Source of the DNA: a virus
IMG/VR virus record: IMGVR_UViG_3300045988_133854
Span: 1-33,614 of that record
Reading direction: 5' to 3' (one strand)
DNA length: 33,614 bases
A program made the position numbers and the translations under genes. Below are positions 8,475 through 17,049 of the stretch, one piece after another. Each line of letters starts with the position of its first letter. Positions within the stretch are counted from its first letter, which is position 1. The notes beneath the pieces are model-generated. The model had not been told where the DNA came from. It searched no databases and saw nothing but the letters and a program-made list of their open reading frames with translations.

Positions 8475-8961
8475 ATCCCTGCTTTTTTAAAGAGTCCCTA
8501 AAACCATCCAAAAAGACATTCTCCCACCCCCCAGATGCGGCCTCGAAGAAGCGTTCAGGGAACTGCCCCATGTCGTTGCGTCTGAGCCTTCCGCTCGCCG
8601 ATTTCCTGCTTTTGACAGGATAATCAAACCTGTGGTTTGGATCGCGCCGCGCGAGTGTGCCATAGTTCGCCCAGTATGCCTTGAACCAGTCACTGACCTT
8701 CTTCCCATCCGGCTGGTGGCCCTGAGCCTCGTTGCCGTTATACAGACCCATAACCGCCCAAAAGTTGCCGTCCCTTGACATCTTGGCCTTCGACTTGATC
8801 AGCTTCTTCCAGCGCGAGGGTATCTGCCTTTTGAGCTTGGCCGCCACCTTGCGTCCAGCTGATGCCATAGCCTTCTTGCCGGCCTTCTGAAGCTCCTTCG
8901 GAGCGCCGTCAAACATACGGAGGACATCCTCGACGCCGTCTATCCTTATCGCCTTTGCCAT
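8455..8961 (-). CDS. HK97 gp10-family head-tail component
   Basis: ATG at 8961 lies directly after the upstream TGA (8963-8965). 'AIRIDGVEDVLRMFDGAPKELQKAGKKAMASAGRKVAAKLKRQIP' matches the gp10-like N-terminus. Confidence 0.7.
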   Translation of the reverse strand: MAKAIRIDGVEDVLRMFDGAPKELQKAGKKAMASAGRKVAAKLKRQIPSRWKKLIKSKAKMSRDGNFWAVMGLYNGNEAQGHQPDGKKVSDWFKAYWANYGTLARRDPNHRFDYPVKSRKSASGRLRRNDMGQFPERFFEAASGGWENVFLDGFRDSLKKQGYDLDRI

Positions 8962-8962
8962 A

Positions 8963-9286
8963 TCACTCGATTGATCTGACGGACAACTTGCAGACCGGCG
9001 AAAGCCGCGACACAGGGTCAATCCCCTCGATGGAGTAGGGCACTCCGCCCACGATGACGCGCCACCTTGTCGTCAGTTCGGGAACCTTCCACATCGTCAG
9101 TGTCAAAGCCTGACCCTGCTCCAGGTTGCCGTTGTCAATAACCTCGTCGATGTCGCGCTCCACCTTTGCGAACACATCGCGGACACATTGCCAGTTATAG
9201 ATCTTCTCACCGGTGTCACCGGCGGTGATCTCGCAGCGCTGCAGCCGCACCCTCGTGTCAAAATCGCCGATGCCCCAATTCTCCAT
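8963..9286 (-). CDS. Head-tail adaptor / head closure protein (SPP1 gp16 / HK97 gp9-like, 107 aa)
   Basis: 'TRVRLQR...GDTGEKIYNWQCVRDVFAKVE...RWRVIVGGVPYSIEGIDP' fits the head-closure pattern. Confidence 0.72.
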   Translation of the reverse strand: MENWGIGDFDTRVRLQRCEITAGDTGEKIYNWQCVRDVFAKVERDIDEVIDNGNLEQGQALTLTMWKVPELTTRWRVIVGGVPYSIEGIDPVSRLSPVCKLSVRSIE

Positions 9287-9289
9287 ACG

Positions 9290-9778
9290 TCACAGCTCAT
9301 AGTTGCGGTAAGGCCGCAGAAGCGCGGCGGATGCCTTGGGGAGCGTCTCCACGCTGTCCAGCGGATTGCTGAACAACGAGGAGGCTATCAGGAGGATGGC
9401 GTTCATCAGGTCATCCGGCACCTGCTCCATTCCCGAAGTCCAGACGATCTCCGCCTCATCGCCCGTCACGGACGGGTCGAAGCGGACGGCGGACGATGAC
9501 CGCAGCGCGGTCCAGCCCTCCGAAAGCAAAACCCCGTCCACCGCCACGGACTCCACCGCCAGAAGCGGGGAATCCAGGCGGATTTCGGGGGAAAAAGGGA
9601 ATATGTCGGAGAAGCGGGATTTGAACACGACACGCCCGATCTGATGCTCGGCGGAGCGCACGGCGGCGCAGAGCTTCTGCCGCAGCTCGTCGTCCAGGTC
9701 ACAGGAGGTGAGCCTCAGATGGCTTTTCAGCCTTCCGAGACCCTCCCAGAGCATGTCATCGTCAAAATCCCTTCTCAT
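9290..9778 (-). CDS. gp6-like head-tail connector protein (162 aa)
   Basis: 'LKSHLRLTSCDLDDELRQKLCAAVRSAEHQIGRVV' resembles the Phage_connect_1 N-terminus. The gene lies immediately after the capsid gene. Confidence 0.62.
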   Translation of the reverse strand: MRRDFDDDMLWEGLGRLKSHLRLTSCDLDDELRQKLCAAVRSAEHQIGRVVFKSRFSDIFPFSPEIRLDSPLLAVESVAVDGVLLSEGWTALRSSSAVRFDPSVTGDEAEIVWTSGMEQVPDDLMNAILLIASSLFSNPLDSVETLPKASAALLRPYRNYEL

Positions 9779-9783
9779 CTCTC

Positions 9784-11034
9784 TTAGTCGGTCGTAATGT
9801 CCACGATGGCCGCGAAGCTATTAGGCTCGACAACCTTGACATCGTTCCACGCGTTCAGCGTCGTGTAAACCTCGCCGGTGCGCGCGCCGGTGTATGGGTC
9901 GACAACAATGTCAATTCCACCCCATTGTCCGATGTAGAGATCCTGGAAGTTTCCGAAGATCAGAGCCGAACACTTGGTGGCCGCCGTGCCTTTGGTTAGA
10001 TTCGCCGGCACGAGATTCGTCCAGTCAAACGGATAGCCGTTAAGGATTTTCGGTGCCTCGTTGGACAGAAGGAAGCGCGCTGTTCCCGACGCCATCTCTG
10101 TGACCTTCAAAACGCCGTTAACCTTTGCGTTTGAAAGGTATGCCAGGCTTCCACGGTTGGCGTTCTTTGAGTTAACCTCAGTTTCCAGCTCGACTATGTG
10201 CTTCCAGTCGATGGCGCCGCCGTTCGCTCCCATCGCCACACTTCCGATTCCGGATGTGTTCAGAATGCCGGTAGGCTGATTGTCCTTCCCTGTGCCGGAG
10301 ATGGCGGCCTTCTCCAAAAGGTTGGCGTGCGCGGAGGTAATCTTATCCAGAAGATCCTTCTCGACATCAAAGGAGGTCTGGTGGAGCAGATCCTTGGTTA
10401 TAGCCACCGAAACTGCTGATCTGTGAGGTGTCATCGACATCTTGGTGTAAGATGTCTTCTTGACATCTGTCTTGGTTGCCTCGCCTTCCCACGACGCCTG
10501 AATGGCAGACGAACTGATCGCCGTGAATGTGCCAACAAGATCAGTCAGCACAGTAGCTCCCAAACGAGCCACCACCAGCTTGTCCTTCAGGATGTCAAGA
10601 TAGCGCCTCTCTCCCTCCTCTGTGAGGTTGCCTCCGTCGGCGGCGGTCGTGTAGTTCTGACCGCTTGCCGCACGGAGATAAGCGGACGGGATGACGTTCC
10701 CGCGCCGCTCCAAACCAAGGCGCTCATACTCCTGGGCGCCCATCTCGTCCACCTCTTTCTCGAGACCTGAAAGATTTTGGTTGATGATGCCATTGATGTA
10801 GCGCACCAACGAGAATGGCCTTCCGGCCATCCTCTGCCTTCTGTCAAGCTCCCTGTCGGCAGCCCGCTGCGCGGCGGCCTCTACAGCCTCCGCCTGTTCC
10901 AGCTCCAGCATCAGCGCCTTGACCTCCGCGACACCCTTCTTCAAGGCATCGGCGTTCTCAGGGCTGTTCTGGATGCCCTTGACCTCCGCGACCTTGGCCG
11001 CGAGATCCCTTCTGATTTCCGCTATTTTTCTCAT
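9784..11034 (-). CDS. Major capsid protein, HK97 family (416 aa)
   Basis: N-terminal coiled-coil delta-like domain followed by the capsid body. Lies directly after the prohead protease. Size is typical. Confidence 0.9.
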   Translation of the reverse strand: MRKIAEIRRDLAAKVAEVKGIQNSPENADALKKGVAEVKALMLELEQAEAVEAAAQRAADRELDRRQRMAGRPFSLVRYINGIINQNLSGLEKEVDEMGAQEYERLGLERRGNVIPSAYLRAASGQNYTTAADGGNLTEEGERRYLDILKDKLVVARLGATVLTDLVGTFTAISSSAIQASWEGEATKTDVKKTSYTKMSMTPHRSAVSVAITKDLLHQTSFDVEKDLLDKITSAHANLLEKAAISGTGKDNQPTGILNTSGIGSVAMGANGGAIDWKHIVELETEVNSKNANRGSLAYLSNAKVNGVLKVTEMASGTARFLLSNEAPKILNGYPFDWTNLVPANLTKGTAATKCSALIFGNFQDLYIGQWGGIDIVVDPYTGARTGEVYTTLNAWNDVKVVEPNSFAAIVDITTD

Positions 11035-11048
11035 GATTAAAAAATATA

Positions 11049-11696
11049 TTAAAGCAGAGCTGCCTCCGCCATAGTTAATTGCCTTTCGACCTCAACCGCC
11101 AACGCCATAGTCTCCATGTCATCCTTTGACACCTCCTCAACGTCATCCATCCGCCGCAGTTCGGCCATCTCCTCCTCCTGCGCCTCGATGGACTTCTTGA
11201 GAGCGTTCGGGTTCGCCGGAATATTGACCACGGAGACCTCGAGCAACTCCTGCCCGGCATAGTAGTATGTCGGGTTCTTACCGTCGACAGCCTCCTCTCC
11301 TTTGCCCCAGCTGCCCTTGCCTATCGGAAGGAATCCAACCGATACAGCCTTCAGACTGCCGAACAAAAGCTTGTTGTATATCTTGTCGGCCAGCTCGTTT
11401 ATCTCCTTTGGCTCAAAGTCCACATCGACAAAAAGCTTCCCGTCCTTCGTGTAGGCTTTTCCCTTGCCTATGACGTTGTCGGGGTTCTCGGTGTCATTCC
11501 AGCCGCCATACACCTTGTGCTGGTAGCCGATGATGCCGTTGCGGTTGAACCGGTCAAGCGACCAGCCGTCCTGGTTCAGCACGGTGCCGTGCGAGTCCCT
11601 CGTGGAGTCCGACGCCAGGAACGTGATCCTCCTTGTATCCTTGCCTTTTGCCTCTACAACGGCGTTACCAGCAGTCCTGAAAAGTATCTTGTCCAT
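11049..11696 (-). CDS. Prohead (capsid maturation) protease, HK97/S78 family
   Basis: 'FLASDSTRDSHGTVLNQDGWSLDRFNRNGIIGYQHK' motif region. ATG 11696 lies directly after the portal stop (TGAtATG). The track start at 11717 is a TTG. Confidence 0.88.
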   Translation of the reverse strand: MDKILFRTAGNAVVEAKGKDTRRITFLASDSTRDSHGTVLNQDGWSLDRFNRNGIIGYQHKVYGGWNDTENPDNVIGKGKAYTKDGKLFVDVDFEPKEINELADKIYNKLLFGSLKAVSVGFLPIGKGSWGKGEEAVDGKNPTYYYAGQELLEVSVVNIPANPNALKKSIEAQEEEMAELRRMDDVEEVSKDDMETMALAVEVERQLTMAEAALL

Positions 11697-11697
11697 A

Positions 11698-12903
11698 TCA
11701 CTCTGATTTTTTGTCAATCTCCTTGCCTACCACGCCTGAATTAAGCGGGTAGAGCATGTCGTCAAGCCCGTCCTTGTGCCGCAGTCCCTCAAGCTCCCGG
11801 ACCTCGTTCCTCGACATATAGCCGTCAAGGATGGCGTTATGGTAGTAGTTAGACCGCGCTGCGGTGTCACCCCTCAACAGGCCGCCAAGGCCGAACTCCA
11901 CATCATAACGTCCAACCTCGTCCGCGAAGAACATCTTTGTCCTCAACTCCACCTCCAGCCTCTTGATGATAGGCCGCAGGGTGTACTCCACGAACTGGAT
12001 AGTCTGATGCTCGATGTTGCTGAAGGTGGCGTGCGAGAGCTCCGCTATCATGTGCGGCGGGATGTTCAGGATCCGCGCCACGTCCTGGATGGAGAGGGTC
12101 TCGCTCTGTATCAGCTGGGCGGCCACCGGGTTGACCGACAACTGCTTGTATTTAATGCCATATTCCAGCAAAGGCGTGCCGAAATTGCCTTCCGAGGCAG
12201 CCTTGAAATGCTCGATAAACTTGTTGTAAGCGTCATCCCCAAGGTTGCCGTCTGTCTCCAAAACTGCGCGTATGTTGCCCTTGCGCGTGTAGAACTCGCT
12301 TCCGAACTTCTCCGTCGCAAGGTTCTTCCCGAGGGCGATGGCGTTGTATATGACGGGGTTGACACCTGTAAGCCCGTCAAGCGTCAGAAGCATGAAGTGC
12401 AGCATGTCATCGCCGCTGTAAGTCCCGTTCAGCCACGAGAAGGCGGGGTCGGGAATGAGTATGCGATACCACCTCTTCCCTCCGGACAGGGTGGCCGTGA
12501 CGTTGGACGGGTGTACCTGATGGATGGACACCGGGCTGCCGTCCGCTCCACGGCGGATGACGGCATAGGCGTTGCCCCAGCCCTCCAGCCAGGTGGTGAC
12601 GCAATTCCAGAAGTCGAAAGTGTTGGTGTAGTCGTTAGGTCTGACCGCGACGAGCCTGTAAGCCGGATGATCCTCAGCCGCCTCCAGCCCCTTGTCAGTC
12701 TTCCTCCGCACCGACCGCGGAAGGGATGCTATATTCTCGGAGATCAAGCGGATGCCGGCGTAGAACGCTGTTATCTTCATCGCCGTGGAGTTGCAGACAG
12801 GAAGGCCATAATCCACGGGCGGCGGAACTATGACACTTCCTGACGGTGCGACGGTCACCGACCGCCTCCTCGCACCTCCGAATATGCTGCTGAATATCGA
12901 CAT
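11698..12903 (-). CDS. Portal protein, HK97 family
   Basis: About 400 aa, located between TerL and the protease. The first ATG is at 12903; the track start at 12912 is a TTG. Confidence 0.9.
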   Translation of the reverse strand: MSIFSSIFGGARRRSVTVAPSGSVIVPPPVDYGLPVCNSTAMKITAFYAGIRLISENIASLPRSVRRKTDKGLEAAEDHPAYRLVAVRPNDYTNTFDFWNCVTTWLEGWGNAYAVIRRGADGSPVSIHQVHPSNVTATLSGGKRWYRILIPDPAFSWLNGTYSGDDMLHFMLLTLDGLTGVNPVIYNAIALGKNLATEKFGSEFYTRKGNIRAVLETDGNLGDDAYNKFIEHFKAASEGNFGTPLLEYGIKYKQLSVNPVAAQLIQSETLSIQDVARILNIPPHMIAELSHATFSNIEHQTIQFVEYTLRPIIKRLEVELRTKMFFADEVGRYDVEFGLGGLLRGDTAARSNYYHNAILDGYMSRNEVRELEGLRHKDGLDDMLYPLNSGVVGKEIDKKSE

Positions 12904-12963
12904 CGTCCGCAAGATAGCAGGCAGACGGTGTTAAAATGTGGAAAATTCTACCAAAGTCGAGTC

Positions 12964-13179
12964 TTATCGCCGAAATTCCCTCGAATGCCTGAACGTGTCA
13001 TAGGATGGGAACCGCGGCTCCCCGAACTCGGACATGAATAGACCGTTAAGGTAGTCGAACACCTCGCGCCTCGAGGTGGTCTGTCTCACCGCCCGGCGGC
13101 GGCGCAGCTCCGCCCAGAACTCCCTGGCGAACCCGTCCCTTGTGACCAGCCGCCACACCCTCTCGTCAATCTCTCTCAT
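12964..13179 (-). CDS. Hypothetical small protein between terminase and portal (71 aa)
   Basis: ATG at 13179 overlaps the TerL stop as ATGA, which suggests translational coupling. The longer track ORF would overlap TerL by 70 nt. Confidence 0.5.
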   Translation of the reverse strand: MREIDERVWRLVTRDGFAREFWAELRRRRAVRQTTSRREVFDYLNGLFMSEFGEPRFPSYDTFRHSREFRR

Positions 13180-14834
13180 ATAACCCGTAAATCGTGGTTT
13201 GTATATATAATCTTGCTTTCCTGCCCGGAGGTGTCGTTGAGCCATCCGCCGATGGCATCAACAGTCGCCACAACTCCGTCGATCTTGTTGCGCGAGCGCG
13301 CCTTGTCAAGCTTGATGTTTGCGTTCGGGTCGCGGTAGATCACGACGTTGCGGAACATCCACCGGATTACTGGATCGCCGAGAAAATCAAGCTCGTGCCG
13401 CAGGACGGCTGCCTCCAGCCACTTTGTCGGCACGGACATGTAGCGGATGTTCTGCTGGTACTCCATCAGGCGGTCGCAATACCGCCCGAACTTCGGCAGT
13501 ATGTTCCAGATCGCCCACGGGTCATACGCTATCTTTTTGACATCGTACAAGTCCATCCACGAGATCAGCGTCTGAATATACCAGTCCTCGTCCAGCGTCT
13601 TGCCGGGCGTGACCACGAGCCAGCCCCTCTCCCTCCACTGCCTGTAGTCGACGCGGTCGGACATCTCCGCCACCTTGGACTCCGGCACGCAGAAGAGGTA
13701 GCGCACGGCCTTGAAGGCCGGGAACCAGAACGCCGCCGCCGTGATGTCATTCTTCGAGGCGAGGTCAAGGCCGACATAGCACTCCTGCCCGAGCAGGACG
13801 GAGGGGTCAAGCCCCCTGCCGTTAGCCGCCACATCGTCATCGCTAATCCACACCTCCGGGGCATCCACCCACATGTTCAGGTTCTTCGTGCAGAAGGCGG
13901 CGAGTGTGGAGCCTCCCTTCTTTTTCGCCTCCTGGAACTCGCTCTCCATATACTCCGGGTAAAGCGAAACGCCGTAATTCGGGTTGACCTTGCGCCAGAC
14001 CTCCGGGTCGTCCCACCGGTCGCCCTCGTCCGGCTCAAAAAGCATTATGAAGTGGTTGTCCTTTTCCTGTATGCCGTTCATCACGTCGCGGAGGAACTCG
14101 AGGTCGCGGAAATACGGATAGCTCGTGTCCACACCGGCCGTGGAGATGGAGAACACAAGCGGCTGCCTCCTCGAACCTATACCCGTCTTGATCACATCAT
14201 AGATCTCGTTCGTCTTCCAGGCGTGCCGCTCGTCGCATATCGCGGCGTGAGGGTTGAGTCCATCCTTGTTCTTTGTGTCCTTTGTCAAAGGCTTGAATGC
14301 AGAGGCGCTCTGCGACCTGACGATGCTTCCACGGTAAATATCGGCGAGCGCTGTGAGGTCGCTGTTGCGCAGCAGCTCCTTGGCCGTGTCAAAGCAGATC
14401 TTCGCCTGTTCCTTGTCAACGGCGGCGGCGTACACCTCCGCGGCAGGCTCGCCGTCAAAAAGAAGCATGTAGAGAGCGATTATCGCCGCTAACGTCGTCT
14501 TGCCATTCTTTCTTGGCACATAGACATCGGCGTACTGGTAGCGGCGTCGCTTTGTCGCCTTGCGATACCAGCCGAACACATTTGCGGCGACGAACAGCTG
14601 CCAGTCCTCCAGCCTTATGACCTTCCCGGCAAACTCGCCCTTGAAATGCTTCAACGTTTGTGCGAAACGGACGAAACGCAGGAACTTGGAGGCGTCAAAG
14701 TACAGATCCGCCCTTTTCTTGTCATTCTCGTACCTTTCGCAAGCGAGCCGCACCATCCGACAGGATGGAACCGCGCCGGACACGATGTCCGCCGCATATC
14801 GATCCACCCTTGCGAGATATGCGCTACTGCTCAT
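13176..14834 (-). CDS. terL: Terminase large subunit (Terminase_1-like)
   Basis: Walker A 'VPRKNGKTT'. Length about 550 aa. Lies downstream of the P27-type small subunit. ATG is at 14834; the track start at 14843 is a GTG. Confidence 0.92.
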   Translation of the reverse strand: MSSSAYLARVDRYAADIVSGAVPSCRMVRLACERYENDKKRADLYFDASKFLRFVRFAQTLKHFKGEFAGKVIRLEDWQLFVAANVFGWYRKATKRRRYQYADVYVPRKNGKTTLAAIIALYMLLFDGEPAAEVYAAAVDKEQAKICFDTAKELLRNSDLTALADIYRGSIVRSQSASAFKPLTKDTKNKDGLNPHAAICDERHAWKTNEIYDVIKTGIGSRRQPLVFSISTAGVDTSYPYFRDLEFLRDVMNGIQEKDNHFIMLFEPDEGDRWDDPEVWRKVNPNYGVSLYPEYMESEFQEAKKKGGSTLAAFCTKNLNMWVDAPEVWISDDDVAANGRGLDPSVLLGQECYVGLDLASKNDITAAAFWFPAFKAVRYLFCVPESKVAEMSDRVDYRQWRERGWLVVTPGKTLDEDWYIQTLISWMDLYDVKKIAYDPWAIWNILPKFGRYCDRLMEYQQNIRYMSVPTKWLEAAVLRHELDFLGDPVIRWMFRNVVIYRDPNANIKLDKARSRNKIDGVVATVDAIGGWLNDTSGQESKIIYTNHDLRVI

Positions 14835-15357
14835 CCGGTTCACCTCCCTCCATTATCAGGTTGATGATCTTTGCGGACGGGTCTTCACCCTCAACCCTCG
14901 CCTTGATCCTCTGACGGTCAACAGGCGAGAGCCCGAAGTTCGAGCCTATCTTTGCCACGTGGCTGAAGAATCTGTCCATGTGACGGACGGACGGGTTCTC
15001 GACCGTGCCGCACACATTGCCGGCCTCGTCACGCTTGACCGTGTACATTCCGTTCTTCTCGACATCCGCCGCCGCGGTCATATACATGTCAAACTCCTTT
15101 GCGAACATCACCAGCTCTGGAAGGTATGCCTGCTCCAGGATACCCAAGGGTATGAGCTGGCGGCAGACGGAAAGATAGATCTTCCTTTGCCGCTCCGTCA
15201 GAAGCCTGTAAGACATCGTGCCGCACGCGGCCTGGATGCTGCCGACCTTCCGGCCTTCCAGTTTGCCGTCATTCTTGCGTCTGCAAGCCTGATAAGTCCC
15301 CTTTAACTTAGCGAGTTGCGCCGGCTGTTTTTTACGTCCGCTTCCAGTACCTCCCAT
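14824..15357 (-). CDS. terS: Terminase small subunit, P27 family (177 aa)
   Basis: 'GSGRKKQPAQLAKLKGTY' N-terminus and 'ENPSVRHMDRFFSHVAKIGSNFGLSPVDRQRIK' C-terminus are typical of P27-family TerS. Confidence 0.8.
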   Translation of the reverse strand: MGGTGSGRKKQPAQLAKLKGTYQACRRKNDGKLEGRKVGSIQAACGTMSYRLLTERQRKIYLSVCRQLIPLGILEQAYLPELVMFAKEFDMYMTAAADVEKNGMYTVKRDEAGNVCGTVENPSVRHMDRFFSHVAKIGSNFGLSPVDRQRIKARVEGEDPSAKIINLIMEGGEPDEQ

Positions 15358-15378
15358 AACTATTTAGTTTTTTGCATC

Positions 15379-15852
15379 TTACAATTTCCCATGGCGATTT
15401 TCTGCACTCGCGTCTCCGAAACTGGGGGCGTGGTCTCGGCGAGGATCGGCGGAGAGATTCGAAGCCCCCTCCCCCCTTCGTCCGAAAGCGCACGGCGCGC
15501 CGGATGCATCCGCGACCGCTCCTGTAAGGGCGTTTGCGTGAGTTCTACGCCATTCAGCTATAACAGCTTTGTCCCTGTTACCTTTAGCGATGTTGCAAGC
15601 AGAGCAGAGACTCTGGAGGTTGCTCTCGTCGAAGAAGTCACGGCACACCGGGAAAGGCGTGATGTGGTCAACGACCTCCGCCGCCTTCAGCCGTCCGTTC
15701 CTCGCGCACTCGGCGCAAAGAGGGTGCGACTGCCTGAACGCCCTGCTCAATCTCGTCCACCTGTATGTGTGATACAAGTCACTTGACCTCTCGCGTTGAT
15801 AGCCACCGCTATCAGCGTCTTTTTTTTTCTTCGAATCCCACGCAAGCGCCAT
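15379..15852 (-). CDS. HNH endonuclease (packaging-associated)
   Basis: 'CAECARNGRLKAAEVVDHITPF...NLQSLCSACNIAKGN' (Cys pairs plus H..N). Sits directly upstream of terS, as in HK97-like cos phages. Confidence 0.85.
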   Translation of the reverse strand: MALAWDSKKKKDADSGGYQRERSSDLYHTYRWTRLSRAFRQSHPLCAECARNGRLKAAEVVDHITPFPVCRDFFDESNLQSLCSACNIAKGNRDKAVIAEWRRTHANALTGAVADASGAPCAFGRRGEGASNLSADPRRDHAPSFGDASAENRHGKL

Positions 15853-15861
15853 ATCTAAGCA

Positions 15862-16290
15862 TCAATTAAACCTTCCGAACACCAGCATAGCAGCGTCACG
15901 TGAATGCTCGGTTGTCCTTCCGGTGTAGCCGGTCACGGAGGCGAAGCTGTCACGCGCCCATTTCGTCGCTCCCCTCAAAGGAGCCACCATCTGGAACGGG
16001 ATTTTCATCCTTTCCAGGAAATCCTCCCAGATCTTGGCATCACGCTTGACAGACCCGGCGCCAAGGCGGCGCGCCATCTCCTTGCGGACATCGTGTGTGT
16101 CGGGCACCCACCTGCGCAGCCTCGCGTCCTCAACGACAACGCGGATGTCCTGATATTCCGCCACAAGACCAAGCACTCGGAACAAGGCCTCGTCTATCGT
16201 CACCGTGTCCAGCGACAGCAGCTCTCTCTTCCCGGAGTCCCACACGGCTATCCCGGTGTTGACACCTGTATCAATTCCCACCCAGATCAT
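15862..16290 (-). CDS. RuvC-like Holliday junction resolvase (142 aa)
   Basis: 'WVGIDTGVNTGIAVWD', 'VVVEDARL' and 'TEHSRDAAML' supply the acidic catalytic positions in RuvC-like order. Confidence 0.72.
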   Translation of the reverse strand: MIWVGIDTGVNTGIAVWDSGKRELLSLDTVTIDEALFRVLGLVAEYQDIRVVVEDARLRRWVPDTHDVRKEMARRLGAGSVKRDAKIWEDFLERMKIPFQMVAPLRGATKWARDSFASVTGYTGRTTEHSRDAAMLVFGRFN

Positions 16291-16293
16291 GGC

Positions 16294-16680
16294 CTACCAG
16301 TTGTCCTCGTCTTTTACCTCTTCCTTCTTCGGACTAACCTTCCAAGGCTGAAGTGATCCAATAAACGGAAGGCTGCGGACCTGTGTCTCGCTCATCCTCT
16401 CGAAATATTCCCGAGAGACCTGCGGCTTGATATAATGGCTTGATCCGAAGCTCTGGTTCGCGCTCTCATAAGCAGTTGCCAATAGCTGGACATGCTCCAA
16501 CGGCTTCGTTGTCATCCCGCCGAGGCTGTGGTCGAATCTCTTGTAAGCGTCAACCACTGTCCCTCGATCGTTGTCGATGGGGATGACAACACAGCGGCGT
16601 GTCGCCGTGTCGCCCTGGATGTCCATAATCTTAGCCCCAGGAATTCTGTCCAGCTCAATTTTGATGTTAAAATTTCCCAT
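16294..16680 (-). CDS. Conserved phage protein of unknown function (128 aa) with acidic, aromatic-terminated C-tail
   Basis: Clean ATG ORF. The C-terminus 'KKEEVKDEDNW' resembles SSB-type tails. See findings. Confidence 0.6.
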   Translation of the reverse strand: MGNFNIKIELDRIPGAKIMDIQGDTATRRCVVIPIDNDRGTVVDAYKRFDHSLGGMTTKPLEHVQLLATAYESANQSFGSSHYIKPQVSREYFERMSETQVRSLPFIGSLQPWKVSPKKEEVKDEDNW

Positions 16681-16752
16681 ATTCTTCCTTTTGACAATAA
16701 TTTTAAATTAAAATCGGTCTCCGCCATTAGGGACGATTCGACCAAAAGAGAC

Positions 16753-17049
16753 TCATTCATCCTCCTTCCTCTCCTTGAACGCGTCGGACGGCTCGATGTA
16801 GAGTGCCTCCTCCACGTGTCGCAGCCGGATCCACAGGTTGCGCACCTGCTTCGACTTCTGCTGGAACTCCAGACGGTCAACCGAGAGGCGGTCGTCCGTG
16901 TCCCTGCACAGCCACTCGATACGCCGCCACAGCGCTCCGACCTCATCCCGGAGGGAGTCGTACCTCCTCTCCAGCCTCCGCGCCGACAACACCCACAGGA
17001 GCAGGGCGGCGGCCACGGCCATCAACAGCAAAACCTCAATCATTTCCAT
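16753..17049 (-). CDS. Membrane-anchored coiled-coil protein (98 aa)
   Basis: N-terminal TM 'VLLLMAVAAALLLWVL'. The ATG is embedded in the stop region of the upstream methyltransferase gene. Confidence 0.5.
   Translation of the reverse strand: MEMIEVLLLMAVAAALLLWVLSARRLERRYDSLRDEVGALWRRIEWLCRDTDDRLSVDRLEFQQKSKQVRNLWIRLRHVEEALYIEPSDAFKERKEDE

Noticed and set aside
13194-14492. 432-aa plus-strand ORF opposite the terminase gene. Similar long antisense ORFs lie at 11776..12843, 16803..17912, 18038..18877, 20916..22034, 2642..3397 and 290..823.
   Set aside because: These are shadow ORFs typical of GC-rich DNA. Their translations are Arg/Pro/Gly/His-rich with no motifs, and each lies fully antisense or out of frame to a gene with clear family signatures.
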